From assembly GCF_030019515.1 (NCBI RefSeq), contig NZ_JASEEQ010000005.1:63810-87809 (forward strand): 24,000 nucleotides of DNA, given 5' to 3'. This document shows positions 8,907 to 18,877 of this stretch, in pieces. The notes under the pieces were generated by a model that saw only the letters and a list, made by a program, of their open reading frames with translations, was not told the DNA's origin and ran no database searches. Each line of letters opens with the position of its first letter. The first letter of the stretch is position 1. The position numbers and the translations under genes are program-made. This DNA is from Nocardioides sp. Lineage in GTDB: Bacteria > Actinomycetota > Actinomycetes > Propionibacteriales > Nocardioidaceae.

Positions 8907-10532
8907 TCAGATCCAGCGCGAGAACCAGATCCGGTCCAGCCACTCGGAGTGGGTGAGCAGCTGGTCGGTGTAGATCGGCCAGAACCAGGCGAAATTCAGC
9001 AGCACCAGCACGAAGAACGTGCCCGCGGCGATCACGCCGGCGGTGCGCCGGCCCGAGGGTCCGTCGGCCGGGCCGATCATCCGGCCGATCGCGAGGACCA
9101 GCGCGAGCACCAGGAACGGCAGCGTGATCACCGCGTAGAAGGAGAAGATCGGCCGGTCGTCGTACTGCAGCCACGGCAGCCAGGTCGAGGCGGCGCCGAC
9201 GACCACGACGCCGAAGCGCCAGTCCCGGGAGCCGGCCCACATCACGACGGCGAAGACCAGCGCGAGGCAGCCGGCCCACCAGAGGACGGGGGTGCCGAGC
9301 AGCAGCACCTGGCGCAGGCAGTCGCTGTCGGCGGGGGCGTGGCAGCCCTGGCTGCCGGGCTGGATGTCGACGTCGGCGGCGACGCCCACCGGGCGGTTGA
9401 GCAGCAGCCAGCCGGACGGCTGGGAGGCGTAGGTGTGCGTGCTGTCGTTGAGGAACCGGGTGTGGAAGGTGTAGACGTCCTGGTGGTAGTACCAGAGCGA
9501 CCGCAGCGACTGGGTCACCTCGCCCAGGCCGGACGCGTCCGCCTCGGTGCGGGTCGGCCAGTCCTGGCCGCCGTCGAAGTGCGTGTACTGCGTGGCGGAG
9601 AGGTGCTCCTCGTACTCGTGCGCATTGACCAGCCAGCCGCTCCAGGTCGCGACGTACACGAAGAACGCGACCAGCACGAGGTGCACGAACGCCGGGATGC
9701 CGTCGACCACCGCGGCGCGCAGGATCGGCCACCGCACCCCGAACGAGCGGCGGGCGCCCGCCGACCACAGCCAGACCATCAGCCCGAACGCGGCGAGCGG
9801 GTAGACCGCCTCCCACTTGGTGCCGACCGCCAGTCCCCAGCAGATCCCGCCGAGCAGCAGCCAGGGCCGGAACAGCACTCCGCGCACCGGTCCCCACGCC
9901 CGAGAGTCGTCGATCGGCGCGGGGACCAGACGGGCGAGCCGGGCGCGGTGCCAGTCCCGGTCGGCGACCACGCAGTGCACGCCGCAGAGCAGGAAGAACG
10001 CCACGAAGATGTCGAGCAGGGCGAGCCGGGACAGCACGAACTGGAGGCCGTCGAAGCACAGCAGCAGCCCGGCCAGGACGCCGAGGAACGTCGAGCCGGT
10101 GAGCCGCCGGGCGAGCCGGATCATCACCAGCACCATCAGCGAGCCGATGACGGCGGCCGCGACCCGCCAGCCGAACGGGTCCATCCCGAAGACCTTGATG
10201 CCCGCCGCGATCAGCCACTTCCCGACCTCGGGGTGGACGATCATCTCGGGGGTGTCCTTGAAGACGCCGGAGAGCGTCTGGCCCCGCAGGATCAGGTCGT
10301 TCGCCTTCTCCGTGGTGTCGTGCTCGAAGCCGTAGTTGAGCAGCGACCAGGCGTCCTTGGCGTAGTAGGTCTCGTCGAACTCGAAGACGTGCGGGCGGCC
10401 GAGCCTCCACAGCCGCAGGAACAGGGCCAGCAGCGTGACCGCGACGGTCGCCGTCCAGCCGATGAACGGGTCCTCGAGCCGGGCCCGGCTCCGGGCGCGC
10501 TCCCAGGCGGAGGGAGGGGCGCCGGTCGTCAC
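8907..10532 (-). CDS. pmt: Dolichyl/polyprenyl-phosphate-mannose protein O-mannosyltransferase (PMT family, GT39)
   Basis: C-terminal 541 aa of the 848-aa track ORF. It is polytopic and has the DE motif in loop 1 (HVFEFDETYYAKDA) typical of Pmt. It is divergent from rsmI, as in mycobacteria (Rv1002c/Rv1003). Start assigned to GTG 10532 (VTTGAPPS...); no other start codon is available upstream in frame. Confidence 0.85.
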   Translation of the reverse strand: MTTGAPPSAWERARSRARLEDPFIGWTATVAVTLLALFLRLWRLGRPHVFEFDETYYAKDAWSLLNYGFEHDTTEKANDLILRGQTLSGVFKDTPEMIVHPEVGKWLIAAGIKVFGMDPFGWRVAAAVIGSLMVLVMIRLARRLTGSTFLGVLAGLLLCFDGLQFVLSRLALLDIFVAFFLLCGVHCVVADRDWHRARLARLVPAPIDDSRAWGPVRGVLFRPWLLLGGICWGLAVGTKWEAVYPLAAFGLMVWLWSAGARRSFGVRWPILRAAVVDGIPAFVHLVLVAFFVYVATWSGWLVNAHEYEEHLSATQYTHFDGGQDWPTRTEADASGLGEVTQSLRSLWYYHQDVYTFHTRFLNDSTHTYASQPSGWLLLNRPVGVAADVDIQPGSQGCHAPADSDCLRQVLLLGTPVLWWAGCLALVFAVVMWAGSRDWRFGVVVVGAASTWLPWLQYDDRPIFSFYAVITLPFLVLALVLAIGRMIGPADGPSGRRTAGVIAAGTFFVLVLLNFAWFWPIYTDQLLTHSEWLDRIWFSRWI

Positions 10533-10580
10533 GGGCCCGAGGATACGGGCCCCGAGATCAGACGCTGCGATGATCGGGGC

Positions 10581-11441
10581 GTGGACGACAGCCTGGGCGT
10601 GCTCGTGCTGGCGGCGACCCCGATCGGCCGGGTCGCCGACGCGCCGCCGCGGCTCGCCGACGAGCTGGCGACCGCCGACGTCGTCGCTGCCGAGGACACC
10701 CGCCGGCTCAAGCGGCTCACGACCGAGCTCGGGGTGAGCATCGGCGGTCGCGTCGTGTCCTACTTCGAGGGCAACGAGTCGGCCCGCACGCCGGCGCTGC
10801 TCGAGAGCCTCCTCGCCGGTGAGCGGGTGCTGCTGGTCACCGACGCGGGCATGCCCAGCGTCTCCGACCCCGGCTACCGCCTGGTGGTCGCCGCCGTCGA
10901 GCACGACGTGCGGGTCACCGCGGTCCCCGGCCCGTCGGCGGTCCTGACCGCGCTCGCGGTCTCCGGCCTGCCGGTCGACCGGTTCTGCTTCGAGGGGTTC
11001 CTGCCCCGCAAGCCGGGGGAGCGGCGGCGCCGCCTCGCCGACCTGCGCGACGAGCGCCGCACGATGGTGTTCTTCGAGGCGCCGCACCGCACCGAGGCCG
11101 CGCTCGCCGCGATGGCCGAGGCGCTCGGCGCCGACCGCGCGGCCGCGGTGTGCCGCGAGCTCACCAAGACCCACGAGGAGGTACGACGAGGTCCGCTCGC
11201 CGAGCTCGTGGCCTGGGCGGCCGAGGGGGTGCGCGGCGAGGTCACCCTCGTGGTCGCGGGCGCCGAGCCGGCGGCCGAGGTCGCGAGCGACCCGGCGAGC
11301 TTGCGGGCCGCGGTCGCCGACCTGGAGAGTGAGGGCGTGCCGCGCAAGGAGGCGATCGTCGTGGTCGCTCGCCGCGCCGGCGTACCGAAGCGCGAGGTCT
11401 ACAACCTGGTTCACGACAAGGGCCACGGAGCACAGGAGTGA
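10581..11441 (+). CDS. rsmI: 16S rRNA (cytidine1402-2'-O)-methyltransferase RsmI
   Basis: In-frame GTG at 10581 gives VDDSLGVLVLAATPIGRVADAPPRL...DAGMPSVSDPGYRLV...TAVPGPSA, a tetrapyrrole-methylase-fold RsmI signature. The upstream part of the 830-aa track ORF is antisense to pmt and is not coding. Confidence 0.9.
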   Translation: MDDSLGVLVLAATPIGRVADAPPRLADELATADVVAAEDTRRLKRLTTELGVSIGGRVVSYFEGNESARTPALLESLLAGERVLLVTDAGMPSVSDPGYRLVVAAVEHDVRVTAVPGPSAVLTALAVSGLPVDRFCFEGFLPRKPGERRRRLADLRDERRTMVFFEAPHRTEAALAAMAEALGADRAAAVCRELTKTHEEVRRGPLAELVAWAAEGVRGEVTLVVAGAEPAAEVASDPASLRAAVADLESEGVPRKEAIVVVARRAGVPKREVYNLVHDKGHGAQE

Positions 11442-12295
11442 GCATGAGCGCACGGATCACCCGGCTGGAGCACGACGGCCTCACCTTCGACGTCCTCGAC
11501 GAGGGGCCGCTGGACGGGCCCCCGGTCGTGCTGCTGCACGGCTTCCCGGAGCGCAGCTCGACCTGGGCGGCGGTCGCGCCGATCCTGCACGGGGCGGGGC
11601 TCCGCACCTACGCCCTCGACCAGCGCGGCTACTCCCCGGGCGCGCGGCCGCGCGGTCGGTGGAGCTACCGGCTCCCGCTCCTGGTCGGCGACGTCGCTGC
11701 GCTGATCGAACGGATCGGCCGGCCCGTCCACCTGGTCGGGCACGACTGGGGCGCCGCGGTCGGCTGGGCCGTCGCCGGACGGCTCCCGGAGCAGGTCCGC
11801 ACCTTCACCGCAGTGTCGGTGCCGCACCCCGCCGCCTTCGTCCGGGCGATGAGGAGCCGGAGCCAGCGCCGGCGGTCCGGCTACATGGCGCTGTTCAACC
11901 TCCCGGTGCTCCCCGAGCTGATGGCGCGGGCGCCCGGCGGCCGCTTCGATCGAGCGATGCGCAAGGCCGGGATGACCGCCGAGGAGGTCGTCCGGTTCCG
12001 CACCGAGATCGTCGAGTACGGCGCGCTGCACCACGCGCTCGGGTGGTACCGCGGCGTGCCGTTCACCCGCCCGGGCAGCACCGACGTCACGGTGACGGTC
12101 CCGACCACGCTGGTGTGGAGCGACCGGGACATCGCCATCGGTCGCGAGGGGGTCGACGGCACCGCGCGCTGGGTGGACGCGCCGTACGACCTGGTCGTGC
12201 TCGAGGGCGTCAGCCACTGGATCCCGACCCAGGCGCCCGAGGAGTGCGCGGCCGCGATCCTGGCCCGCGTGCGGGGCACGGAAGCGACGCGGTGA
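11438..12295 (+). CDS. Alpha/beta fold hydrolase (epoxide hydrolase / haloalkane dehalogenase-like)
   Basis: 285 aa. It has the HGFP oxyanion motif (VVLLHGFPERS) and the nucleophile elbow GHDWGA (Asp nucleophile type). GTG 11438 overlaps the rsmI stop. ATG 11444, with AGGAG 5 nt upstream, is an alternative start. Confidence 0.85.
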   Translation: MSMSARITRLEHDGLTFDVLDEGPLDGPPVVLLHGFPERSSTWAAVAPILHGAGLRTYALDQRGYSPGARPRGRWSYRLPLLVGDVAALIERIGRPVHLVGHDWGAAVGWAVAGRLPEQVRTFTAVSVPHPAAFVRAMRSRSQRRRSGYMALFNLPVLPELMARAPGGRFDRAMRKAGMTAEEVVRFRTEIVEYGALHHALGWYRGVPFTRPGSTDVTVTVPTTLVWSDRDIAIGREGVDGTARWVDAPYDLVVLEGVSHWIPTQAPEECAAAILARVRGTEATR

Positions 12296-13116
12296 CCGAG
12301 CGCCCGCCCGCCCCCGAGCCGCTGCCGCACCCGGTCGTCGACAACCACTGCCACCTCGACGTCGCGCGCGACGAGGACCCGCTCCCGGTGGACGAGGCGA
12401 TCGCCGCGGCCGCCGCCGTCGGGGTCACCCGGATCGTCCAGATCGGCTGCGACCTGCCCGGCGCCCGCTGGGCGGTCGAGGCGGCGGCGACGCACGGCGC
12501 GCTGGTCGCGGGCGTCGCCCTGCACCCCAACGAGGCGCCCCGACTGCCCGACCTGGACGCCGCGATGGCCGAGATCGAGCGGCTCGCCGGCGCGCACGAC
12601 AAGGTCCGGGCGGTGGGGGAGACCGGGCTGGACCACTTCCGCACCGGCGAGGAGGGGCGGGCCGTGCAGGTCGAGTCCTTCCGCCGGCACATCGACCTCG
12701 CCAAGCGGCTCGACAAGACCCTGGTCATCCACGACCGCGACGCCCACGACGCCGTCCTCGACGTGATCGACGAGGAGGGGGCGCCGCCGCGGTGGGTGAT
12801 GCACTGCTTCTCCGGCGACGCCGCGTTCGCGCGCCGCTGCCTGGACCGCGGCGCGCACCTGTCCTTCGCCGGCACGGTGACCTTCAAGAACGCCCGGCCG
12901 CTGCGCGAGGCGCTCGCGATCACTCCGCTCGACCGGCTGCTGGTCGAGACGGACGCGCCGTACCTCACGCCCACGCCGTACCGCGGCCGGACCAACGCCT
13001 CCTACCTCGTCCCGCTCACCGTGCGGGCGATGGCGGAGGTCCGTGGCGCGGACCTGGAGACGCTCTGCGCGGCCCTCGAGGCGGCCACGGAAGCGGCCTT
13101 CGGGGGCCCCTGGTAG
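12292..13116 (+). CDS. tatD: TatD family metal-dependent hydrolase/DNase
   Basis: In-frame GTG at 12292 (GTGA overlap with the upstream stop). VVDNHCHLD (HxH metal motif), GETGLD, VIHDRDAH and ETDAPYLTP are all TatD signatures. 274 aa. Confidence 0.9.
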   Translation: MTERPPAPEPLPHPVVDNHCHLDVARDEDPLPVDEAIAAAAAVGVTRIVQIGCDLPGARWAVEAAATHGALVAGVALHPNEAPRLPDLDAAMAEIERLAGAHDKVRAVGETGLDHFRTGEEGRAVQVESFRRHIDLAKRLDKTLVIHDRDAHDAVLDVIDEEGAPPRWVMHCFSGDAAFARRCLDRGAHLSFAGTVTFKNARPLREALAITPLDRLLVETDAPYLTPTPYRGRTNASYLVPLTVRAMAEVRGADLETLCAALEAATEAAFGGPW

Positions 13117-14490
<1,374 letters not shown>

Positions 14491-14503
14491 GCGACCCCGC
14501 CGT

Positions 14504-14560
14504 CGTACCTGACCCAACTGTCGCGCCCGTGCGGGTTTCGCGGCAGTTGCGTCAGGTGCG
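14504..14560 (+). other. Palindromic intergenic element, copy A (about 21-bp stem, one C-C mismatch, 13-nt loop) between rpfB and rsmA
   Basis: ACCTGACCCAACTGTCGCG (14507-14525) pairs with CGCGGCAGTTGCGTCAGGT (14539-14557). The arms are nearly identical in sequence to the element at 18260-18316. It could be an attenuator, a terminator or a REP-like element. Confidence 0.5.
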
Positions 14561-14597
14561 CGCGCGGGACCGCGACCCGCTGACTACGCTGGCGCAC

Positions 14598-15476
14598 ATG
14601 TCTGACACCTCGGCCGGTCCCAGGTTGCTGGGACCGGCCGAGGTGCGCCTGCTCGCCGCCGAGCTCGACCTGCGACCCACCAAGCAGCGCGGGCAGAACT
14701 TCGTCATCGACGCGAACACGGTGCGGCGCATCGTCCGCGAGTCCGGCGTCACCGCCGAGGACGTGGTGCTCGAGGTCGGTCCGGGCCTGGGCTCGCTGAC
14801 CCTCGCGCTGCTCGCCGTCGCCGGCCGGGTGGTCGCCGTCGAGGTCGACCCGGTGCTCGCCGGCCGGCTGCCCGAGACGATCGCGACGTACGCGCCCGGC
14901 CAGGCGGGCCGGTTCGAGGTCGTCCTCGGCGACGCGATGCGGATCCAGGAGGTGCCCGGCCCGGCCCCGACCGCCCTGGTCGCGAACCTGCCCTACAACG
15001 TCTCCGTGCCGGTGCTGCTGCACCTGCTCACCCTGCTGCCCTCGCTCGAGCGGGGCCTGGTGATGGTGCAGTCCGAGGTCGCCGACCGGCTCGCCGCGCC
15101 CCCCGGCTCCAAGGTGTACGGCGTCCCCTCGGTCAAGGCCGCCTGGTTCGCCGACGTCCGCCGGGCCGGTGCGGTCGGCCGCAACGTGTTCTGGCCCGCG
15201 CCCAACGTGGACTCCGGCCTGGTGGCGTGGACCCGCCGCGAGCCGCCGGCCACGACCGCCGACCGAGCCCAGGTGTTCGCGGTCGTGGACGCCGCGTTCG
15301 CCCAGCGCCGCAAGGCACTGCGCGGCGTGCTGCGCTCGCTCGCCCCGGCGGAGGCGGTCGACGCCGCACTGGCCGGCGCGGGCGTGGACCCGCTGGCCCG
15401 CGGGGAGTCGCTGCGGGTCGGGGACTTCGCCCGGATCGCGGAGCGGCTGCCGTGGGAGGTGCAGCCGTGGAGGTGA
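14598..15476 (+). CDS. rsmA: 16S rRNA (adenine1518/1519-N6)-dimethyltransferase RsmA/KsgA
   Basis: ATG at 14598 gives [46 protein letters not shown]...[12 protein letters not shown]...[11 protein letters not shown], the canonical KsgA motifs. The upstream portion of the 406-aa track ORF is not coding. Confidence 0.95.
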   Translation: MSDTSAGPRLLGPAEVRLLAAELDLRPTKQRGQNFVIDANTVRRIVRESGVTAEDVVLEVGPGLGSLTLALLAVAGRVVAVEVDPVLAGRLPETIATYAPGQAGRFEVVLGDAMRIQEVPGPAPTALVANLPYNVSVPVLLHLLTLLPSLERGLVMVQSEVADRLAAPPGSKVYGVPSVKAAWFADVRRAGAVGRNVFWPAPNVDSGLVAWTRREPPATTADRAQVFAVVDAAFAQRRKALRGVLRSLAPAEAVDAALAGAGVDPLARGESLRVGDFARIAERLPWEVQPWR

Positions 15477-16372
15477 CCGTGCGCGCCCCCGCGAAGATCA
15501 ACCTGCACCTCGGGGTCGGCGCCCCCGGTGCGGACGGCTTCCATCCCCTGGTCACGGTGTACCAGGCGGTCGGCCTCTACGACGACGTCACCGCGCGCGA
15601 GGCGCCGGACTGGAGCCTGGGCGTCGGCCTGCCGGACTGGATGGACGACGACGCCGTACCCCTCAACGGCGCGAACATCGTCGACCGGGCCGCCGACCTG
15701 CTCGCGGCCCACCACGGGGTCGAGCGGAGCGGCGAGCTGCACATCGCCAAGGCGATCCCGGTCGCGGGCGGCATGGCCGGCGGCTCCGCGGACGCCGCCG
15801 CGGCGCTGGTCGCCCTGGACCGGCTCTGGGGGCTGGGCACGTCCGACGACGACCTCCTCGCGCTCGCCGCCCGGCTGGGCAGCGACGTGCCGTTCGCGCT
15901 GCTGGGCGGCACCGCGCTGGGGACCGGCCGCGGCGAGCTGGTCACGCCGGTGCAGGACCGTGGCACCTGGTGGTGGGTGGTCGTCCCCTCCGACACCGGC
16001 CTGTCGACCCCGGAGGTCTACCGGCACTTCGACCGGATGTTCCCCGACGCGCCCGCCCAGCCGGTGCCCGCCGACGCAGTGCTCGGCGCGATCGCCGTGG
16101 GCGACGCCTGGGAGCTCGCGGACGCCCTGCACAACGACCTCGAGGCGGCCGCGATCGACCTGCGGCCCGAGCTGGGCCGGCTGATCGAGCAGGGCGAGGA
16201 GGCCGGGGCGCTGCGCGGCCTGGTGTCCGGCTCCGGGCCCACCTGCGTGTTCCTGTGCGGCTCCGCGGACCACGCCCGCTCGCTGGCCGCCGACCTGTCC
16301 GGCGCCGGCCATCCGGTCGTCCTGGCGGCCAACGGGCCGGTCGCCGGCGCCCACCTGGTCTCCTATGCCTAG
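15467..16372 (+). CDS. ispE: 4-(cytidine 5'-diphospho)-2-C-methyl-D-erythritol kinase IspE
   Basis: GTG 15467 (GGGAGG 7 nt upstream, 10-nt overlap with the rsmA end) gives [17 protein letters not shown]. The GHMP kinase motif is [15 protein letters not shown]. Confidence 0.93.
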   Translation: MEVTVRAPAKINLHLGVGAPGADGFHPLVTVYQAVGLYDDVTAREAPDWSLGVGLPDWMDDDAVPLNGANIVDRAADLLAAHHGVERSGELHIAKAIPVAGGMAGGSADAAAALVALDRLWGLGTSDDDLLALAARLGSDVPFALLGGTALGTGRGELVTPVQDRGTWWWVVVPSDTGLSTPEVYRHFDRMFPDAPAQPVPADAVLGAIAVGDAWELADALHNDLEAAAIDLRPELGRLIEQGEEAGALRGLVSGSGPTCVFLCGSADHARSLAADLSGAGHPVVLAANGPVAGAHLVSYA

Positions 16373-18242
16373 CCCCGGGACCAACCTGGTCAACCTCGAG
16401 CGGGTCTCCAAGGCGTACGGCGTCCGGCCGCTGCTCACCGAGGTCTCGCTCGGCATCGGCGCCGGCGAGCGGGTCGGCATCGTCGGCCGCAACGGCGACG
16501 GGAAGACCACGCTCCTCGAGCTGATGACGGGGTTGGAGGAGCCGGACTCGGGACGGGTCTCCCGCAGCCGTGGGCTGCAGGTCGGGTACCTCCACCAGGC
16601 CGACCAGCTGGAGGACTCGCACACCGTGCGCGAGGCGGTGCTGGCCGGTCGCTCCGACCACGAGTGGGCCGCGGACCCGCGCACCCGTGAGGTCGTCGAG
16701 GTGCTGCTGGCCGGCGTGGCGCTGGACCGCGCGGTGCTCGGCCTGTCCGGCGGCGAGCGCCGGCGCTGCTCGCTCGCCGCGCTGCTGCTCGGCGAGCACG
16801 ACCTGGTGGTCCTCGACGAGCCGACCAACCACCTCGACGTGGAGGCGGTCGCCTGGCTGGCGGACCACCTGGTCCGCCGTACCTCCGCGCTCGTCGTCGT
16901 CACCCACGACCGCTGGTTCCTCGACGCGGTCTGCCAGTGGACCTGGGAGGTGCACGACGGCGTCGTGGACGTCTACGAGGGCGGGTACGCCGCCTTCGTG
17001 CTGGCCAAGGCCGAGCGGCTGCGGCAGGCGGCGGCCTCGGAGGTGCGCCGGCAGAACCTGGTCCGCAAGGAGCTGGCCTGGCTGCGCCGCGGGCCGCCGG
17101 CCCGGACCTCGAAGCCGAAGTTCCGCATCGACGCGGCCAACCAGCTGATCGAGGACGTGCCGCCCCCGCGGGACCGGCTCGAGCTGCAGCGGTTCGCCAC
17201 CCAGCGGCTCGGCAAGGACGTGGTCGACGTCGAGGACGTCGACCTGATCCGCGGGACGCCGGGGGAGGGCGGCCGGCAGCTGCTCGCGCACGCGACCTGG
17301 CGGCTCGGGCCCGGCGACCGGGTCGGCATCGTCGGGGTCAACGGCGCCGGCAAGACCTCGGTGCTGTCGCTGCTCTCCGGCGAGCTCGCGCCGTCGGCGG
17401 GGCGGGTCCGGCTGGGCCGGACCGTCGCGCTGCAGCACCTCACCCAGCAGCTCGACGACCTCGACCCCGAGGGCCGGGTGCTGGCGACCGTCGAGTCGAT
17501 CCGGCGGGTGACCAGGACCACCGACGGGGAGGTCACCGCGAGCGCGATGCTGGAGCGCTTCGGCTTCACCGGCGACCGGCTCACCGCCCGGGTCGGCGAC
17601 CTGTCCGGGGGCGAGCGGCGGCGCTTCCAGCTGCTGCGGCTGCTGCTCACCGAGCCCAACGTGCTGCTGCTAGACGAGCCCACCAACGACCTGGACATCG
17701 AGACGCTCAACGTCCTGGAGGACTTCCTCGACGGCTGGCCCGGCACGCTCGTGGTCGTCTCCCACGACCGGTACTTCCTCGAGCGGGTCACCGACTCGGT
17801 GTGGGCGCTGCTCGGCGACGGGCAGATCTCGATGCTGCCCCGCGGCGTCGACGAGTACCTCGAGCGGCGGAGCGAGCAGCTCCGCGCGGGGGACGAGCGC
17901 GCGGCGTGGGCGAGCGAAGGTCGAGCACGCGACGCCGCCGAGGGACGAGGCGGCGCGAGCGGGTCGGGACCCGGTGAGCCGGTCGCCGGCCCCGGCCTCC
18001 GCCACGTCCCCAAGGCCAAGCCCGGGAGTGCGGAGGAGCGGGCGGCACGCAAGACGATCGCCCGGATCGACAAGCGCCTCGAGCGGATCGCGGAGCAGGA
18101 GGCGACGCTGACCGCGCGGGCGCTCGAGCACGCGCAGGACTACGAGCGGCTCGCCGAGCTCAGCGAGGAGCTGCAGACGCTTGCTGCGGAGAAGGACGAG
18201 CTCGAGCTCGAGTGGCTCGAGGCGGCCGAGCTGCTGGAGTAG
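16365..18242 (+). CDS. ABC-F family ATPase (two ABC domains, Uup-like with C-terminal coiled coil)
   Basis: 625 aa. Walker A GRNGDGKT and GVNGAGKT, signatures LSGGERRR (twice), Walker B LVVLDEPTNHLD and VLLLDEPTNDLD. The C-terminus is charged and helical. No TM domain. The ATG overlaps the ispE stop by 8 nt. Confidence 0.9.
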   Translation: MPSPGTNLVNLERVSKAYGVRPLLTEVSLGIGAGERVGIVGRNGDGKTTLLELMTGLEEPDSGRVSRSRGLQVGYLHQADQLEDSHTVREAVLAGRSDHEWAADPRTREVVEVLLAGVALDRAVLGLSGGERRRCSLAALLLGEHDLVVLDEPTNHLDVEAVAWLADHLVRRTSALVVVTHDRWFLDAVCQWTWEVHDGVVDVYEGGYAAFVLAKAERLRQAAASEVRRQNLVRKELAWLRRGPPARTSKPKFRIDAANQLIEDVPPPRDRLELQRFATQRLGKDVVDVEDVDLIRGTPGEGGRQLLAHATWRLGPGDRVGIVGVNGAGKTSVLSLLSGELAPSAGRVRLGRTVALQHLTQQLDDLDPEGRVLATVESIRRVTRTTDGEVTASAMLERFGFTGDRLTARVGDLSGGERRRFQLLRLLLTEPNVLLLDEPTNDLDIETLNVLEDFLDGWPGTLVVVSHDRYFLERVTDSVWALLGDGQISMLPRGVDEYLERRSEQLRAGDERAAWASEGRARDAAEGRGGASGSGPGEPVAGPGLRHVPKAKPGSAEERAARKTIARIDKRLERIAEQEATLTARALEHAQDYERLAELSEELQTLAAEKDELELEWLEAAELLE

Positions 18243-18259
18243 CGGGACCGGTCGGGCGT

Positions 18260-18316
18260 CGCACCTGACGGAACTGCTCCCCGTCCGGTCGGTGTGGAGC
18301 AGTTGGGTCAGGTGCG
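18260..18316. terminator. Palindromic intergenic element, copy B (about 21-bp stem with a GG/GG internal mismatch, 15-nt loop) between convergent ABC-F and MarR genes
   Basis: CGCACCTGACGGAACTGCTCC (18260-18280) pairs with GGAGCAGTTGGGTCAGGTGCG (18296-18316). It lies 18 nt after the ABC-F stop and 6 nt before the MarR stop. Confidence 0.55.
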
Positions 18317-18321
18317 TGGGG

Positions 18322-18810
18322 TCAGCCGGAGAACGGCGCCGACAGCGTGCGGAGCAGCCCGGCGAGGCGGGTGCGGTCGCGCTCGGGCAGCGCGGTGAGG
18401 AAGGTGCGCTCGGCGGCGAGCAGCGCCTCGAACGCCTCGTCGACCGCGGTGCGGCCCTCCGGGGTGAGCCGCACCAGCACCCCGCGGCGGTCGTGCGGGT
18501 CGGGCAGCCGCTCGACCAGGCTGCGGGCGGCCAGTCGGTCGACGCGGTTGGTCATCGTGCCGCTGGTCACCAGGGTCTCGCGCAGCAGCCGGCCCGGCGA
18601 GAGCTCGTACGGCGTCCCCGCGCGGCGCAGTGCGGCCAGCACGTCGAACTCCCACGGCTCCACCCGGGCGGCGGTGAACGCGTCGCGACGCGCGAGGTCG
18701 AGCTGGCGCGAGAGCCGGCTGATCCGGCTGAACACCTCGACCGGTGCCAGGTCCAGGTCCGGGCGCTCCCGTGCCCAGGCCTCGACCAGCGCATCGACCT
18801 CGTCCCGCAT
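18322..18810 (-). CDS. MarR family transcriptional regulator
   Basis: Start taken at ATG 18810 (MRDEVDALVEAW..., 162 aa). The winged-HTH region is FDVLAALRRAGTPYELSPGRLLRETLVTSGTMTNRVDRLAARSLVERLPDPHDRRGVLVRLTPEG. A TACGCT hexamer (18822..18817) ends 6 nt upstream of the ATG, so a leaderless transcript is possible. Confidence 0.85.
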   Translation of the reverse strand: MRDEVDALVEAWARERPDLDLAPVEVFSRISRLSRQLDLARRDAFTAARVEPWEFDVLAALRRAGTPYELSPGRLLRETLVTSGTMTNRVDRLAARSLVERLPDPHDRRGVLVRLTPEGRTAVDEAFEALLAAERTFLTALPERDRTRLAGLLRTLSAPFSG

Positions 18811-18877
18811 GGCCCGAGCGTACCGGACAGCGTCGAGAATCTTGACATCGAGATACCTCCGGTCGCACGGTGGTCGC
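18811..18877. promoter_or_regulatory. Divergent MarR/tam promoter-operator region
   Basis: Low-GC stretch containing a perfect TTGACA (18842-18847). TCGAGA is directly repeated at 18833-18838 and 18848-18853. An imperfect 16-bp palindrome ATCTTGACATCGAGAT spans 18839-18854 (12 of 16 positions symmetric). Confidence 0.4.

Noticed and set aside
8949-10580. The 5' two-thirds of the 830-aa + ORF that ends as rsmI.
   Set aside because: - This part is antisense to the polytopic Pmt gene and has shadow-frame composition.
- RsmI homology begins only at GTG 10581 (LVLAATPIG...).
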